Below are positions 1 to 13,243 of a stretch of DNA of 64,000 nucleotides, piece by piece. The notes below the pieces were generated by a model. That model ran no database searches. It saw nothing but the letters and a program-made list of their open reading frames with translations, and was not told where the DNA came from. The position numbers and the translations under genes were made by a program. Numbering within the stretch: position 1 is the stretch's first letter; every line of letters starts with the position of its first letter. The stretch is taken from assembly GCA_951406725.2 (NCBI GenBank), contig OX597815.1, forward strand, positions 83,886,001-83,950,000, written 5' to 3'. Origin of the DNA: Octopus vulgaris (Eukaryota).

Positions 1-80
1 GTTCCAAGCAGTGCTGTTTTCTGCAAGTGCTCCGCCCTTATTGCTGGTCCTATTTGTTCCATGTACTTCTCAAGATTTTT
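1..80 (-). mobile_element. C-terminal ORF fragment of R4/Dong-type (restriction-like endonuclease) non-LTR retrotransposon, 5'-truncated into (ATT)n
   Basis: Minus strand translates KNLEKYMEQIGPAIRAEHLQKTALLGT, the LQKxxLLGTA(RILR) end motif of R4/Dong ORFs; homologous to 29171-29266; abuts a TAA tract. Confidence 0.8.
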
Positions 81-86
81 ATTACT

Positions 87-127
<41 letters not shown>

Positions 128-187
128 GATCATCATCATTATTATTCTTATTGCTGTTGTTGTTGTTGTTGTTACTGTTATTATTGC

Positions 188-243
<56 letters not shown>
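81..243. repeat. (ATT)n/(GTT)n microsatellite
   Basis: Direct reading; source of the poly-Ile ORF 27..251. Confidence 0.95.
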
Positions 244-245
<2 letters not shown>

Positions 246-249
246 CAAT

Positions 250-352
250 GAGATGAGCTGGAAGAATCGTTAGCAAGTTAGGCAAAATGATTAGCGGCAT
301 ATCGTCTGTCATTTTGTTTTGAGTTCAAATGCCATTGAGGTCGACTTTCCCC
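250..352 (+). mobile_element. 5' fragment of tRNA-derived SINE family B
   Basis: gagctggaagaatcgttagc...gagttcaaat...gaggtcgacttt matches the head of the complete copy at 35541-35773. Confidence 0.7.
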
Positions 353-420
353 TATAATAATATTATAATAAATTCATAGCGTCCCCTAATCCACAGCCTT
401 CCTTCTAACACCTTTTTCTC

Positions 421-503
421 TACCGCCCCCTTAGCCACCGGCGCACACCTAGACCGTCTCAACGCCCACCGGGGGGCGGCAGCGCCTACTTTGAGAACCT
501 ATG
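421..503. mobile_element. Terminus of a non-autonomous hAT (Charlie-like) DNA transposon
   Basis: Ends in ACTTTGAGAACCTATG; the reverse complement CATAGGTTCTCAAAGT resembles CAGTGGTTCTCAA hAT TIRs; GC-rich subterminal cgccc..ggggggcg. Confidence 0.45.
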
Positions 504-569
504 ATCTAAATTATTAAAAATTATAAAAGTACACTCATGTTTATAGTTATATGGGTCCAAATCCGTGGT

Positions 570-1724
570 AAATCTGACAAGAAACAACACCTCATCAGGC
601 AACCTGAACTCGATAATCTAGTTTGTGATCTAACACTTACTAAGCAACAGAGTTAAATCCTGGCCTCACGTCTGCAACAAAGAAGCCTATTGGATAAAGA
701 TGCTCGAATTACAGTTTTTAGGAAGCGTTCTGCAGATCTATAGCAATTGTTCACTTTGGAAAACAACTTTATTTATTGTAATGATATTAGAGACCCATTG
801 AATGCCCATGAGCTAACCTAAGAACCAAATGAGTGGAGGTTGTTCATAGATGCATCTCTTTACATCATACTAGCTGTTCTGTTGCACATTGGGAATACCA
901 TACCCTCAGTTCCAGTTACTCGATCAGTCATTTTAAGAGTGACACATGAGAATCTCGATTTTATTCTAGACCACATAAGTTACAAGGCGCATGAGTGGCT
1001 AATATGTGCGAAATTTAAAGTTGTAGCCCTACATAATGGGCTACAAATTGATTACACCAAGTTTATGTGCTCCCTTTGCAAGTGGGACAGTAGAGCCAGC
1101 TCAGGACATTACGTAGGCTCAGAATGGCCACCTCAGGAAACTATGACCCCTGGATGCTATAATGTAAATCATAAGCCACTAGTTAAGGCGAAAATCATTT
1201 TGCTACCACGGCATATAAACTAGGCCTAATGAAGCAATTTACCAAAGTACTGCAACATAACAAGCCATGTTTTCAGCATCCCAAGGCAATCTTCCCTAAA
1301 ATAAGTGATACCAAGATTAAAGAGGGCATATTCGTAAGCCCTCAGATTTGTCGACTTATAGCTGATGAGGACTTCGAAGCAACAATGGAATGAAATGAGC
1401 TCTGCCTGGCATGCATTCAAAGGACTTCTGGGAAAGAATCAAGTGGCCCAGCGAGAGAGTATAGTGGAGAGCCTAATCAAGTGTTACGAAGATCTCGGAT
1501 GCAATATGTCACTGAAGATACACTTTCTTCATTCTCATCTGTCCTTCTTCCCAGAGGGTGCAGGAGATGTGAATGATGACCATGGGGAGAGGTTCCATCA
1601 AGATATAACGTCAATGGAAAAGAGGTATAAAGCAAAATGGACCTCAGCTATGCTGGCTGACTTTTACAGGAACCTGAAACGTGACACACCTGAGACATAT
1701 TATAAGCGAAGACGTAAATACTAA
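570..1724 (+). pseudogene. Decayed DNA-transposon transposase, probably CMC/Chapaev-3 type
   Basis: Collinear motifs across stops and frameshifts: HLIRQPELDNLV..ILASRLQQ, WRLFIDAS..AVLLHIGN, CSLCKWDSRA, KIILLP.HI.LGLMKQF, LGCNMSLKIHFLHSHLSFFP, DDHGERFHQDI..MEKRY..KW..AMLAD. Superfamily assignment from recall. Confidence 0.8.
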
Positions 1725-1970
1725 AATGTTGGTTAATATATTATATAATGCTAACGAACATGCCGATTTATTATATATTTATGAATTAATTGCAATGGAC
1801 ATATTTGAACTGACATCGGGCGCAATATAAATTTATGGTATTGTGGAAATTGTTACAAAATGCATAGTTATTAAGTCGGTAATTTACAAGGAAATGTGAC
1901 GTGATAGGAAATTTTGTTATAAAATTCGAATTTAGCAATCAACATGATCATGAAATTTGTTGTTAATGTT
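1725..1970 (+). mobile_element. Probable 3' UTR and degenerate terminus of the Chapaev-like transposon
   Basis: Follows the transposase stop; contains aaatgtgacgtgatagg...aattcgaatttagca...aaatttgttg, resembling subterminal sequence of this family as recalled. Confidence 0.45.
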
Positions 1971-2034
1971 ATTATTGTTGGTGTTGTTTGGTCCTCTCAT
2001 CCTTCAGCCTAATGGCATATAAAAGGAATCATCA

Positions 2035-2225
2035 CTCTTTTACTTGTTTCAGACATTTGACTATGGTCATGCTGGAGTACCGCCTTTAGTTTGAACACAT
2101 CGACCCCAAGACTTATTCTTTGTAAGCCTAGTACTTATTCTATCTGTCTCTTTTTGCCGAACCGCAATACACCAACAACGGTTGCCAAGCGATGATGGAG
2201 AAACAAAGACAGATACAAATAACAA

Positions 2226-2295
<70 letters not shown>

Positions 2296-2463
2296 ATATA
2301 TATACGACGGACTTCTTTCAATTTCCTTCTACCAAATCCACTAACAAGGCTTTGGTCGGTCCGAGGCTATAATAGAAGACACGTGCCCAAGGTGCCATTC
2401 AGTGTGATTGAACCCGGAACCGTGTGGTTGGGAAGCGAGCTATTTTACCAGACAGCCACTCCT
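2035..2463 (-). mobile_element. tRNA-derived SINE family A with internal (CA)n and LINE-like tail
   Basis: Minus strand has A/B-box head (agtggctgtctggtaa..ggttccgggttcaatc), body, (TG)n and tail ggcggtactccagcatgacc..gaaacaagtaaaaga; homologous to 29850-30048 and 43485-43972. Confidence 0.85.
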
Positions 2464-2494
2464 ATCATTATCATTATTAATAATAATATAAAGC

Positions 2495-2690
2495 ACTGGT
2501 AGAATCGTTTGCGTGCTGCAAGAAATACTTAGAGGTATTTCGACCGTCGTTACGTTCAGAGTTTAAATTGTGCCGAGGTGAACTTTACCTTTCATTTTTT
2601 CATGGTCGATAAATTAAGTACTAGTGAAACAATGGGGGTCGATTATCCCTTCCTTCAAAATTGCTGCCCTTGTGGAAAAATTTGAAACCA
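2495..2690 (+). mobile_element. SINE family B copy
   Basis: agaatcgtt..gccgaggtgaactttacctttcat..gtcgataaattaagtac matches the family. Confidence 0.8.
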
Positions 2691-3179
2691 TCATCCTCAT
2701 CATCATCCGCTTTGTTGGTGGTTGTGATTTTGCTTTGATGGTTTTATTTATACTATTATTATAACGACAAAACGTTTTGGCCATTTCGCTTTATATTTTG
2801 CATAATAGTATTAACAATCATAGATAAAGAATTGTAATAATTGGAAGCTTATATCCTCAGAATATTGTGCCAGAAAAGTGGAAATCGACCTTAAACACAT
2901 TAACCAAGTCATTGTTATAGAAACATGAATATGAGATAAGACAAAGAATTTCTTATCACAAGTGTTGTAAAGGGGCCTTCAAGAACTGAGACTAAAAATA
3001 TTACCAAATCTTTCGAATTGATACACAGTAACTATTGGATTTGCAAGAAACTTAATAAATATGTAATGTCAGTTATAAAGTAGATATTAAATGGATTGGA
3101 TTTGGCTAAATGTTAATCCCTACCAGGGAAAGGGAAATACAAACAGGAGAGATTATATAATAATAATTATATATATAAT

Positions 3180-3542
3180 GGAGGCGCAATTGCCCAGTGG
3201 TTAAGGCAGCGGACTCGCGGTCATAGGATCGCAGTTTCTATTCCCAGACCGTGCGTTGTGTGTGTTTATTGAATGAAAATACTTAAAGCACCACGAGTCT
3301 CCAGTAGTGGGTGGTGGCGAACCCTGCTGTACTCTTTCACCACCACTTTCTCTCAAGCTTTCTTCCTGTTTCTGTTGCATCTTGTCACACTCTATATCAC
3401 GCTGAATCTCCCCGAGAACTACGTTAAGGGTACACATGCCTATGAAGTGCTCAGTCACTTCCACCTTAATTTTACAAGCAGGCTGTTCCGTTGACTAGCT
3501 CAACTGGAACACTCGTCTTCGTAACAACCGACGAAGTGCCAC
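3180..3542 (+). mobile_element. tRNA-Arg(TCG)-derived SINE (resembles octopus OR-type SINEs)
   Basis: Head ggaggcgcaattgcccagtggttaaggcagcggacTCGcggtc..gtttctattccc with A/B boxes and TCG anticodon; ~290-bp body; followed by (TA)n. Confidence 0.7.
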
Positions 3543-3544
3543 GA

Positions 3545-3579
<35 letters not shown>

Positions 3580-3639
3580 ATATCTATTTTATATACATTA
3601 TATATATATATATATATATATGCACTTCACTTTGATCTG

Positions 3640-4198
3640 TCTCTTTCTCGCTCTCTCTCTCTCTCTTCTCCTCCTCCTTAATTCCTTGTTCCCCTTTTCT
3701 CTCTCTTCTCCCCCTCCTTGATTCCTCTGTCCCTCTTTTCCTCTCTCTTCTCCTCACACGTGACTGACTGACCGACTGCTGATCTTTCGAGTCTAGCAGT
3801 CGTCGCGGCAGCACACATTTTTTTCTCTCTGCCCTAGGGCAAATTCCTAACAGGCCAGCTCAGGTTTACTCGTCCTATCGAAAGACGCCTGTTTGTGACG
3901 TCCTGTTTTTGCTATTATTATTATCATTATTGTTTTTACGTATTTTTGTACTCATGTTCGTGTAACATCGTCCGTTTTTCCGTCTTTGTTTTGTATACAT
4001 TCAAAGCTTTCTTCAAGGGAATCTAATGCGCTTAGCTTAAATTTTCCTCGGGGCTGGCCAGATTGGAGAAATCTCAAGGTTAATCAGCCGAAATTGCGAG
4101 GATGATCCGGTTCTTGACTGAAGACTGAAGGCTTCGAATGCCCTGTCATGTTTTTTGTGTCGTCCTCTGGGTGTTCTGCGTTCTTGTCCCAGTTTTTG

Positions 4199-4205
<7 letters not shown>
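3640..4205 (+). mobile_element. Non-coding repeat, possibly a Penelope-like pseudo-LTR
   Basis: Pyrimidine tract plus cacacgtgac and tgacgtcctgt motifs shared with 23615-24180 (minus); bounded by TA/CA repeats. Confidence 0.4.
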
Positions 4206-4242
<37 letters not shown>

Positions 4243-5485
4243 GGAGCTTACTAATATAATTTCAAGTGCAGGCTTTGCTTATTAGAGAAAATGCACATAT
4301 TATTCAAAGACAATAATTCTTTGAATCAAAGAAGTGAGTTAATGAACTTATGTAGGCACGCGGTTAAATTTAAAATGTCGAATATAAATATACCATATGG
4401 ATAGAGTATATATTTTGTATTTTGATTTTTTGATTTTGATTTTGACTCTTGAGCGCTACGACGGACCTATAGCAAAGTCTTATTGTTTCTACATATATAT
4501 TAGGAAAAACCTACAAACTTTGTTTTCATGTTATTGTATTGCATAAGAGTACCTTGATTATTTATATTACCTTGATTATTTATAAATGACCCAAAATAGG
4601 ATGTTATATTTTATTTTATATGTCTTTCGTATATATTTTTATTAATGCACCCATTTTTTAAAAGCAATGTTTTTTAAAAAAAGCAATGTTGTCAAATTTA
4701 GAATGTTTATATAAGTTTGTGTATAGCAAAGCATATGTATTTGTAAGCATGCGTATCTGTGTATGTGTAAGTGAAAGTATGCTTGTGCTTAAGCACGCAT
4801 ACACACGACGGTATGTATATGTATCAATTCAAACTTGTGTATGTATACTGGCCTCTATAGATGCCAATAATATCGCTACAAGTTTTTTCCCCACCCCCTC
4901 CTTCGTTCCTTTTTCTCTCTTTCCCTTTCTTTCGTTCCCCCTCCTTGCTCAGTATATGAGAATTGCTACATAGATGAATTTTAGCTTGCGTGCGAGAAGG
5001 TTTGCGTGAATATATGTACACATGCTTTTATGTGTATAATTTAGATTCATATTCATACGTCTGTATATGTATGTATGGCGTTTACGCGCATCCTTTTGTG
5101 TATGTTGATATATATATGTGGATTTTAATATAAATATGTATTGCAGTATTTATAACAGGTTTAATTTCTATGCATTAATTTGTACTGTCTTCATTAACGG
5201 CAATAGGTTTTTTCCTCGGTTTTTTCCTCGGATTTTATAATTTTTATAAGTTTTTTTATATATATATACATATATTTTTGACCTTTTTGTTTATCGCTCG
5301 AAGATTGACCGTTTTTTCTAAAGGGCCAATCAAACAAGTCCATTTCTTTTTAAAGGTGTAGCGTTTGTAAGAGTATAGATTGAATTAATATATATGTTCC
5401 ATTCTAGCAAAAACTGTCTGATGAACGGCAACGAGAAACTCAGAGTAACAGATTTTGTTGAATTTTCTGCTGCTTAAAATAAAGT
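4243..5485 (+). mobile_element. Penelope-like element 3' end: endonuclease-domain C-terminus, long UTR and hammerhead motif
   Basis: 4261-4404 translates FKCRLCLLEKMHILFKDNNSLNQRSELMNLCRHAVKFKMSN (CxLCLxEK..LNxRSE..CRH PLE tail); hammerhead motif at 5414-5451; TA repeats on both sides. Confidence 0.7.
5414..5451 (+). ncRNA. Minimal type I hammerhead ribozyme motif (PLE-associated)
   Basis: CTGT-CTGATGA-ACGGCAACGA-GAAA-CTCAGAG-TA-ACAG: stem I CTGT/ACAG, canonical core, near-palindromic stem III, weak stem II. Confidence 0.6.
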
Positions 5486-5789
5486 ATATATATATATATA
5501 TACACACACAAAATACTGATTAACGGATAAAGAATGCAGGTGTTCATCTTCGCAGTCATAAATTATAAGAGATGTATAATTGTACATACACACACACACT
5601 TGAGTGTGTGTGTGTGAGTGTATACATCTATGTATTTAGTTGTATATGTGTAAGTATAGTTGTATATACGTAAGTATAGTATTTACTCTTAAAGCGTCTT
5701 GGCTTTGTCGGACGTAAAGTAAGTTTGCCGCTGTATTTCGTAAAAGAATATATTCTACACATACACATCTTTGTCGTAAAACACTATCT

Positions 5790-6240
5790 TCCGAGCCACA
5801 GAAAGATCTTCAACGTGCCTTCCCATAATGTGAAAGTGGAACATACCTCCCGAGAGTGCAACTTCTTTGTTCCAACTAATGGATAAAAGGATGATAGCTA
5901 AGTTCAAGGCCTGTTAGCTGAAACAATTGACCAGAAGTTTAAACCTTAAGCTAGAGATTTATGGAAGAAGTTCAACAGTATGGGTGCGTAGATAACATAA
6001 TTACGCTATGAGCTGAGATGAATGGTCCCTGGAAAATATATATGCGGCCAGACTCTATCCGAGAATATACAAGTTTTCCATAAATAGAAAGTATGCAGCA
6101 AATTCGGAAAGATGTATCAATTGTATACGATGTTCGCTTTGAAGACGTCAAAGAGGATGACGTAGTTTAGTTGGGAGTAACCCACACTGAAAGTCTATCA
6201 AACGAGAAGTTGATACCCTTAGAGCAAGAGGAAACTATAA
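5790..6240 (+). pseudogene. Degraded Tigger/pogo transposase (C-terminal DDE region and tail)
   Basis: Broken frames give NVKVE..PP..TSL.QLMDKRMIAKFKA, DLWKKFN, MNGPWK, RFEDVKEDDVV..THTESLSNEKLIPLEQE, the typical Tigger order. Confidence 0.7.
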
Positions 6241-6703
6241 ATAATCTATAAAGACATCCCCCATTCTTTTTTTTCCTTTCTTTATTTCAGGATGTCAGCG
6301 GGTAGTTTGTGCTTGGAAACTATTTTTACTAGATCGGGAAATCATGCGGCTACGAATCAGTCAGCCTAATCGGTAACATCTTCGTAAGGGCGCATCTGAT
6401 TTCGTTGGTTCTTCAAAATATTGGCAACATTATGTGAAATGTAGCATTTCCAAAATGAGACGCGAAAACTGCATCGCAACTTTTGTTCACCAGTCAGTTT
6501 CATCCGCCATTACTTTCATTTATCAACATTTCTGTGCAACAATACACACATATACAAAACAGGGGGTAGTGTGTACTCCTACATATATAACTGTATAAAT
6601 GTATATCGTCATACAAACCTCTGTGTGTACTGTGTGCGTATTCGTGTGCGTGTGAGTGTGTCTGTATATACAAGCATATCATATCAAAACCTATTTATCT
6701 GTT

Positions 6704-6704
<1 letters not shown>

Positions 6705-6767
<63 letters not shown>

Positions 6768-6842
6768 CATATGCATATATATATATATAATACATACTTA
6801 TATATATACTCACACACACACATACATACACACACACACACA

Positions 6843-6879
<37 letters not shown>

Positions 6880-7076
6880 GTATGATGCCTGTATATATGC
6901 ATACTCATGTGTGTGTATTAGGGTCAGCATGACATTAGGAAGCATAAATAATTATAAACGGATGCATGGGTAAATAAGTAAATAAATAAATAATATACGC
7001 ACATACGGACATAAACATACATGCATTCATATAAGGTATATAAATACATACGTATATATATATGTGTGTGTGTGTA

Positions 7077-7128
<52 letters not shown>

Positions 7129-7156
7129 TACATATACATACATATATATATACATA

Positions 7157-7196
<40 letters not shown>

Positions 7197-7268
7197 TGCA
7201 TATATATGTAATATATATATATATATATATATATATGTATAGCATGTAGTAGATATATATATATATAT

Positions 7269-7315
<47 letters not shown>
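6705..7315. repeat. Compound (TA)n/(CA)n microsatellite field
   Basis: Direct reading. Confidence 0.95.
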
Positions 7316-7316
<1 letters not shown>

Positions 7317-8139
7317 CAAGTATGTTCTGCAGGCGATTTCCATTTTCAGATATTCCTTTATCTCTTTCATTTTATTTATTTTTCTCTTATTTATTTCTTA
7401 TTTATTTTTAAGTTTCCATATCGTTGCTTGTAATGAATTTCTTCTTGAAAGCACTTGTTTTTCTTCATTCTCCGTGTCATTATTAATATTTTGCTGTTGT
7501 GTTCTTTATATGCATTTCCTATGTTGTTTATTATTCTTAGTTTCTTTGTGTTTTGCCCTTGTTCGTATTATTTCTCTTTTATCAATTTTCTTTGTTATAT
7601 TAGTATTGTTATCATAATCATCATTATCAACATCAGTATTAGTATTAGTATTAACAGGAACAGTAGTTGTAGTAGTATAAGAATTTATTATTGCTTAGCT
7701 TACTTTACTTTTCTGTATTTTCTTTGAATTAGTATTGATGTAGATCCGTGTGCGGAACGGTTTTCACTTTGTATTCTCCTTACACCTCCTCATCATATTT
7801 TTTTTTACTTTCTCCTCCCTCTTTTCCTATTCTTAGCTTGTATTTTCCCTTTTTTATTATTCATCTAATTTTTCGTTCATTTCCATCTCAATATTTCATT
7901 CCCTATGAAACTTCATCTATCTTCATCACCTGCTCCAACTCAATGGGAAATATTCAGTCCATTACAAAGTATTTTGCAGAAAAGATATTCTAGTTATCGA
8001 TAACGAACGCTTACACAACGTCCTACAAATCAGCCTGGTTGCTATTGTTCTCTACATTATTCGTGTTACTGTCGTTGTTCTTTGTGCTTTTATCATAGTT
8101 GTTTTTGTTTTAATTAGAGATATGCACATACATTGCAAT

Positions 8140-8148
8140 ATGTGTGTG

Positions 8149-8206
<58 letters not shown>

Positions 8207-8518
8207 AATACATATGTATAAATGTGCGTGTAATTATATGTATGTATGTAAGTATATATATATATACACGCATACGTTTACACGCAAATCTATATTGTTT
8301 GCCGGTTCATGTTCATTTGTTTTGTTTTGTTTCCCTTTTTCCCTTCGTGTGGGAAGGGATATCTGCTGTCGCATTAATATGGTAAAATGAAGAAGATGGC
8401 TTAGAGCACTGCAATAGGTGGCCGAGTATGCATACACACACACGTGCACATACAGACACAAATGCATACACACACACACACACATGTATATGTATAAATA
8501 CTTGTATTTATACTCAAA

Positions 8519-8585
<67 letters not shown>

Positions 8586-8890
8586 TAAATACGTCAGAAT
8601 ATGTTCACGTGTGCGTATGTATGTAAACACACACATACATATATATTTATATATATATATATATGCATATATATAGATATGTGTGTGTGCGTATGTATAG
8701 ATAGACACACACGTACACGCATACATACATACATACATACATACATACATACATACATACATACACACACACATATACACATACATACACACACACATAC
8801 ATACATACATCCATCCATACATACATACATACATACATACATACATACATACATACATACATACATACATACATACATACATACATACAA
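8140..8890. repeat. (TA)n and (CATA)n microsatellites
   Basis: Direct reading. Confidence 0.95.
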
Positions 8891-9435
8891 ACTTATGTAA
8901 ATACGGAGACACATTCTCATACTGGTGCTTCGCTAATGATTTATATCAATGTATTTCAGGTGTGCTTATGGGCGTTTTTGTACATCTGCAAATATGTGCT
9001 CTTATATATTTCCATATACATGCACGGTTGTTTGTATTTATCAAAGGTATTCATACACGTATAGATCCTCACATGTAATCTAATGTATGCACACGCAATG
9101 CTATTCCACCAATAGCAATAGTGCTTATATAATTAATTTATTAATTAATCATTTAATTAATTAATTAATTAATTAATTGCTTAATGCTACAATTATTATT
9201 ATTCGACTGTCTAAAACGAGCAAAGCATAAATGGAAGCGTCATATCTCTTTTAGTTATTGTAAATTAATTCCTTTGTTTACAGCTTCTAACTGATGAAGC
9301 TTGGTTAATGCATGCTTACTAACTCGTATTACTGGGCCATGAATAGCGATTCTCAAAAATGATAAATCTGCATGAGTATTGGTGATATTAAGTTATCATT
9401 CATAGGCAAAATGTTCAGTCAGAAACGTATTAATA

Positions 9436-10483
9436 ATGGTGATGATGATGATGACAATGAAGAGGATGAAAATGATGATGGTACTATTGTTTCTACTGTT
9501 GCCGGTGGAGGCAGTGATTGTAGTCTGTGGTTGTTTCTCTGAGTGGTCATGCAGGATTGGTGATGATACTAGTGGGGATAATGGCCATAAAGTGAGTGTC
9601 GTTGGTAGTGATAGTCGGTGTAGTGCTTGTGGTAATTGTAGATGTGATGTTCATATTGTTGTTAATGGCGTTAGTGGTGTTGGAGGCAATGGTCTCTCTG
9701 GTAGTGGTGTTAGTAATGGTGATGTTGGTGAATATGATGGTGTTGTTGAGAGGTTAGTAGATGTTAGTTTGGTAACGGTGTGCGTTTGTCAAAGTAGTGC
9801 TGATAGCAATGTTTGTGGTGGTGGTGGTGGTGGTGGTGGTGGTGGTCGTGGCTGTGGTGGTGGTTAGTGGTGGTGGTGATCATTGAAGTAGTGCTGGTGA
9901 TTTTGGGGCTTATGCAATTATTAGTATTGGTGGTTAAATTTATACATAGTGGTTGATATTGTGGTTGGGGTAACGGTACAGGACCAGTTGGTTTATTATG
10001 GTGGTGGTTGTAATGGTTGAGATTTTGTTGATGTTTGCTGTTGTGGTTTTGGTTCTGAGGGTGCCCGTTATACTTGTCGTCTGGTGATGGCACTTGTGTC
10101 GTTTTGCTTAGGCTCACTGGAATGGTGTTGGTTGTACCGGTGATGTTGGCAATGATTGAGGCAGTGGCCACCGCCGTATGAGACTAGTGGTGGTTTCTCT
10201 TGCATTCATCGCGATGATGGTGGTTGTGTTGGTAACGGAGCTAGTGTTACTGCTGATGGTGCTTGAAGTAGTTGTGGCAGTGGTTTTTGTGTTAGTAGAA
10301 GTGTTTGTGGTGTGGTTTATGAACGCGGAGTTGCTGGTGATAGCCATCGTAGATGTTGTGGTAGAGGTTGTGATGTTGGTGATGGTGATTATGATGAAAT
10401 TTGTAGTACAAGACATCGTTAAGACGGTACAGATAGTGGCGATGGTGGTGGTCGGTTGATGGCCGTGATTGTAGTGCTAATAT

Positions 10484-10514
<31 letters not shown>

Positions 10515-10535
10515 CATGTAATGATGGTTGCTGCT
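9436..10535. repeat. Degenerate GGT/GAT/GTT trinucleotide low-complexity region
   Basis: Strong G+T skew with 3-nt periodicity and pure (GGT)n and (GAT)n cores. Confidence 0.8.
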
Positions 10536-12011
10536 GTTGAAATCGTTCCTAGGGTGCACTTTATTCCCATAACCAAATGCAGTTTTTCAAAGAAAATTTA
10601 ACAAAATTTGTTGCTCTAGTTTTAAGAGCCGACCACAGAACTTGAATTCAACGCTGTCAAGCACCAAGATATATGTCTAATCTTTACTAGTAAAGAGAGG
10701 ATTCGCTACCATTCCGCTTGGCTTGCTAAATGTTGTTGCCAAAAATCGCCCAGTTTACACTCTACCACCTTAGAAAAGCAACACATAAAAAGATATGACA
10801 CTGTACTTGAAAACAAGCATGGGAAGGAGTTTACTTCAGTATTGATTATGAATATTTATTTTTTTGATCTAAAAAAGTCTTTATTCATGGAATAAGCCTC
10901 ACTGAAAATTTTATAGACACGGGTCTCAAAAGCTTAAATCTCGGCTGGAAACAGTGCGGCGCAGTGTGTGATAAGGCTTGGTGTTTAAAATACAAACATT
11001 AACTATCTGATGTGCTTCTACACAGTTTTTGTCAAGAAAATTAAACTCACAGGGCTACGATAAAAACCATATGTCCATGGTGCCACATATTGGTATAGAA
11101 TCTAGTTCTTAAAAAATTGACATTGTTTAACATCAGATTGTCATCCTTTTATTATTATTAAATTGCCATGATTACTCTTCGTAAGAAATCAAAATTATAT
11201 TATTTGGACTTGAAACAACTATTAGGAAAGAATTGGAAACTGAAGTTCTGATACCCAATTGAAAATAACACCATTCTTGTTTGGGTGAAACATTTCTTTT
11301 CACCCTATTGTGTATTTCCTTACTGCGTGGGGAAAAGAAACATTATTGTGTACAGTAATAATTTACATTGTGGACATAATGCAATGTAGATAATCTTTTA
11401 GAATATCTAGATGTTATTTTGATTCTGTGTCATATCTTTCTTGGCCGGATAGTGTAAATTTTAGTATTTTGAAAGTAGCGTAATTTAATCAAAATTGCAT
11501 AGATACTGCTGCTACAATTTAGATACGAAATTATAGTCAATATGTGCTTTATAGTAATTAAAGGAGGAAAACATTCTACTGGTTGTCATGTCAGCCATCT
11601 GTCTTCTGTGAAGCATCAGCCGAACATACTATGTGACTGCATTGAATGAATGTACACCTGACTCTCAACGGTGGTATGTTCAATATGAAGTTTATTGTTG
11701 TCAGTCACATATATCAACAGAGAGATGCATTTGTATTATTTGATGTTGTAGAGAATATACAGAAATATTGAAACCGTGACTGATGATGTGATTCTACGCA
11801 GTTAGAAGAATAAATTTTATTGATAATGTTGTTTTATTATTAATAAATAATAGTATTAATGATAATATTATTATTAATTTAATATCATTAATAATATTAT
11901 TTATTAATTTGACTCAGATTACAAGTTTCGTCTTTATCGGCTTATTCAATTAGATAAACATGCCATTAAAGTGGAATACTAAAGTCCACTTAAATCGACA
12001 GTATATTATAC

Positions 12012-12060
<49 letters not shown>

Positions 12061-13189
12061 CAGAGAGAGAGACAGAGAGAGAGTGACGATGATGCGGGTG
12101 GTCATGCGGGCTCACATCTCTATTGTGCATACATTCTGCATAAAGATATGTATTATACATTACTTAATGATTTGAAAACATTGCCGTAACAAGCAAATAC
12201 GGTTATTTATAAGTAAATATCGATGTATAATTGCTTTTCGATATCCACTAAATATAAGAATTCTCACTAATAACTTAATAATTAGCATATTAAGGTAATT
12301 CCTGTAATCTATAGAAGCGATTGATGCAGTTCCTCCAAGTCGCTTCAGGTAATTAAATAACGTCCCTTTTAATTCGATTCTTATTCTCTACTTTGTTCCG
12401 ATGGAACATAGAAATAAACACTCCATTTGTGACCATCCCTTTTGTTTTGGTTTTAAAGAATAATATATCTAAACCTATGTAATCAACTGAATTGTTCCTT
12501 TTTAAGACGGTAGGTCGAGGGATATTTAATTGCTATTTGCAGCATATAAGGTCTTCTGTTGACCAGCAGATAATTAGGCTTGGTGAATATTATTCTTCCC
12601 TAAGCCCTACTACCACTACGGCACATAACTTCAGTTATGTAGACTGGGCCATCCTCAATTAACAGGCTCAAAGCCATTAGACTTTTGATGGGTGAGACAA
12701 ATACCGTTTCAGTATTAATATAAATTGTCTAACAACCGAAATCAGCTGAGTTGGGTTGAGATATTTTAATGTCCGTCTCATCTTCCCCGTTTTCAATCCC
12801 ACATACCTCCATCTCTCCACCGAAGCCTTCACAAACGTTCTTAATGTATCAATTAACACCAAGCTGATCTCTGTCTCCCCACCGCTGACGGCCATCGTAC
12901 AAGGGCTCTTGAATAGCAGGTCTAATTTTATATCTTACTGGCGGACATCCGACAATCATTACTACTACTACTACTACCGCACACTACAACCACCACTACT
13001 AAAGCTGCTACTACTGCCACTGCTACTAAGATTAATAGTAATACTACTGCTCTTTCTTCTTCATGTACAATGCCCACAGGTGCCGAAGAACATGGGTCTC
13101 CGCCCACTTCATTTCTCACACAACTTATACTCAGTCTTTCAATAAGAAGGTAGTAAGACGTTAGTTTTACTAGCTTCTTTCCCTCCCCT

Positions 13190-13243
<54 letters not shown>

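Noticed and set aside
6500-8920. Many YI/HT/CV-repeat ORFs (also at 15 kb, 20 kb, 43.6 kb, 57-58 kb and 62 kb)
   Set aside because: Translations of dinucleotide and tetranucleotide microsatellites
9436-10459. Overlapping 93-143 aa ORFs rich in Val/Gly/Thr/His
   Set aside because: Products of degenerate trinucleotide repeats that are open in several frames; no domain motif or splice evidence
12677-13145. ORFs 12677..12895(-) and 12756..13145(+) as a possible exon or LINE remnant
   Set aside because: No recognisable motif; the plus ORF runs into (CTA)n low complexity
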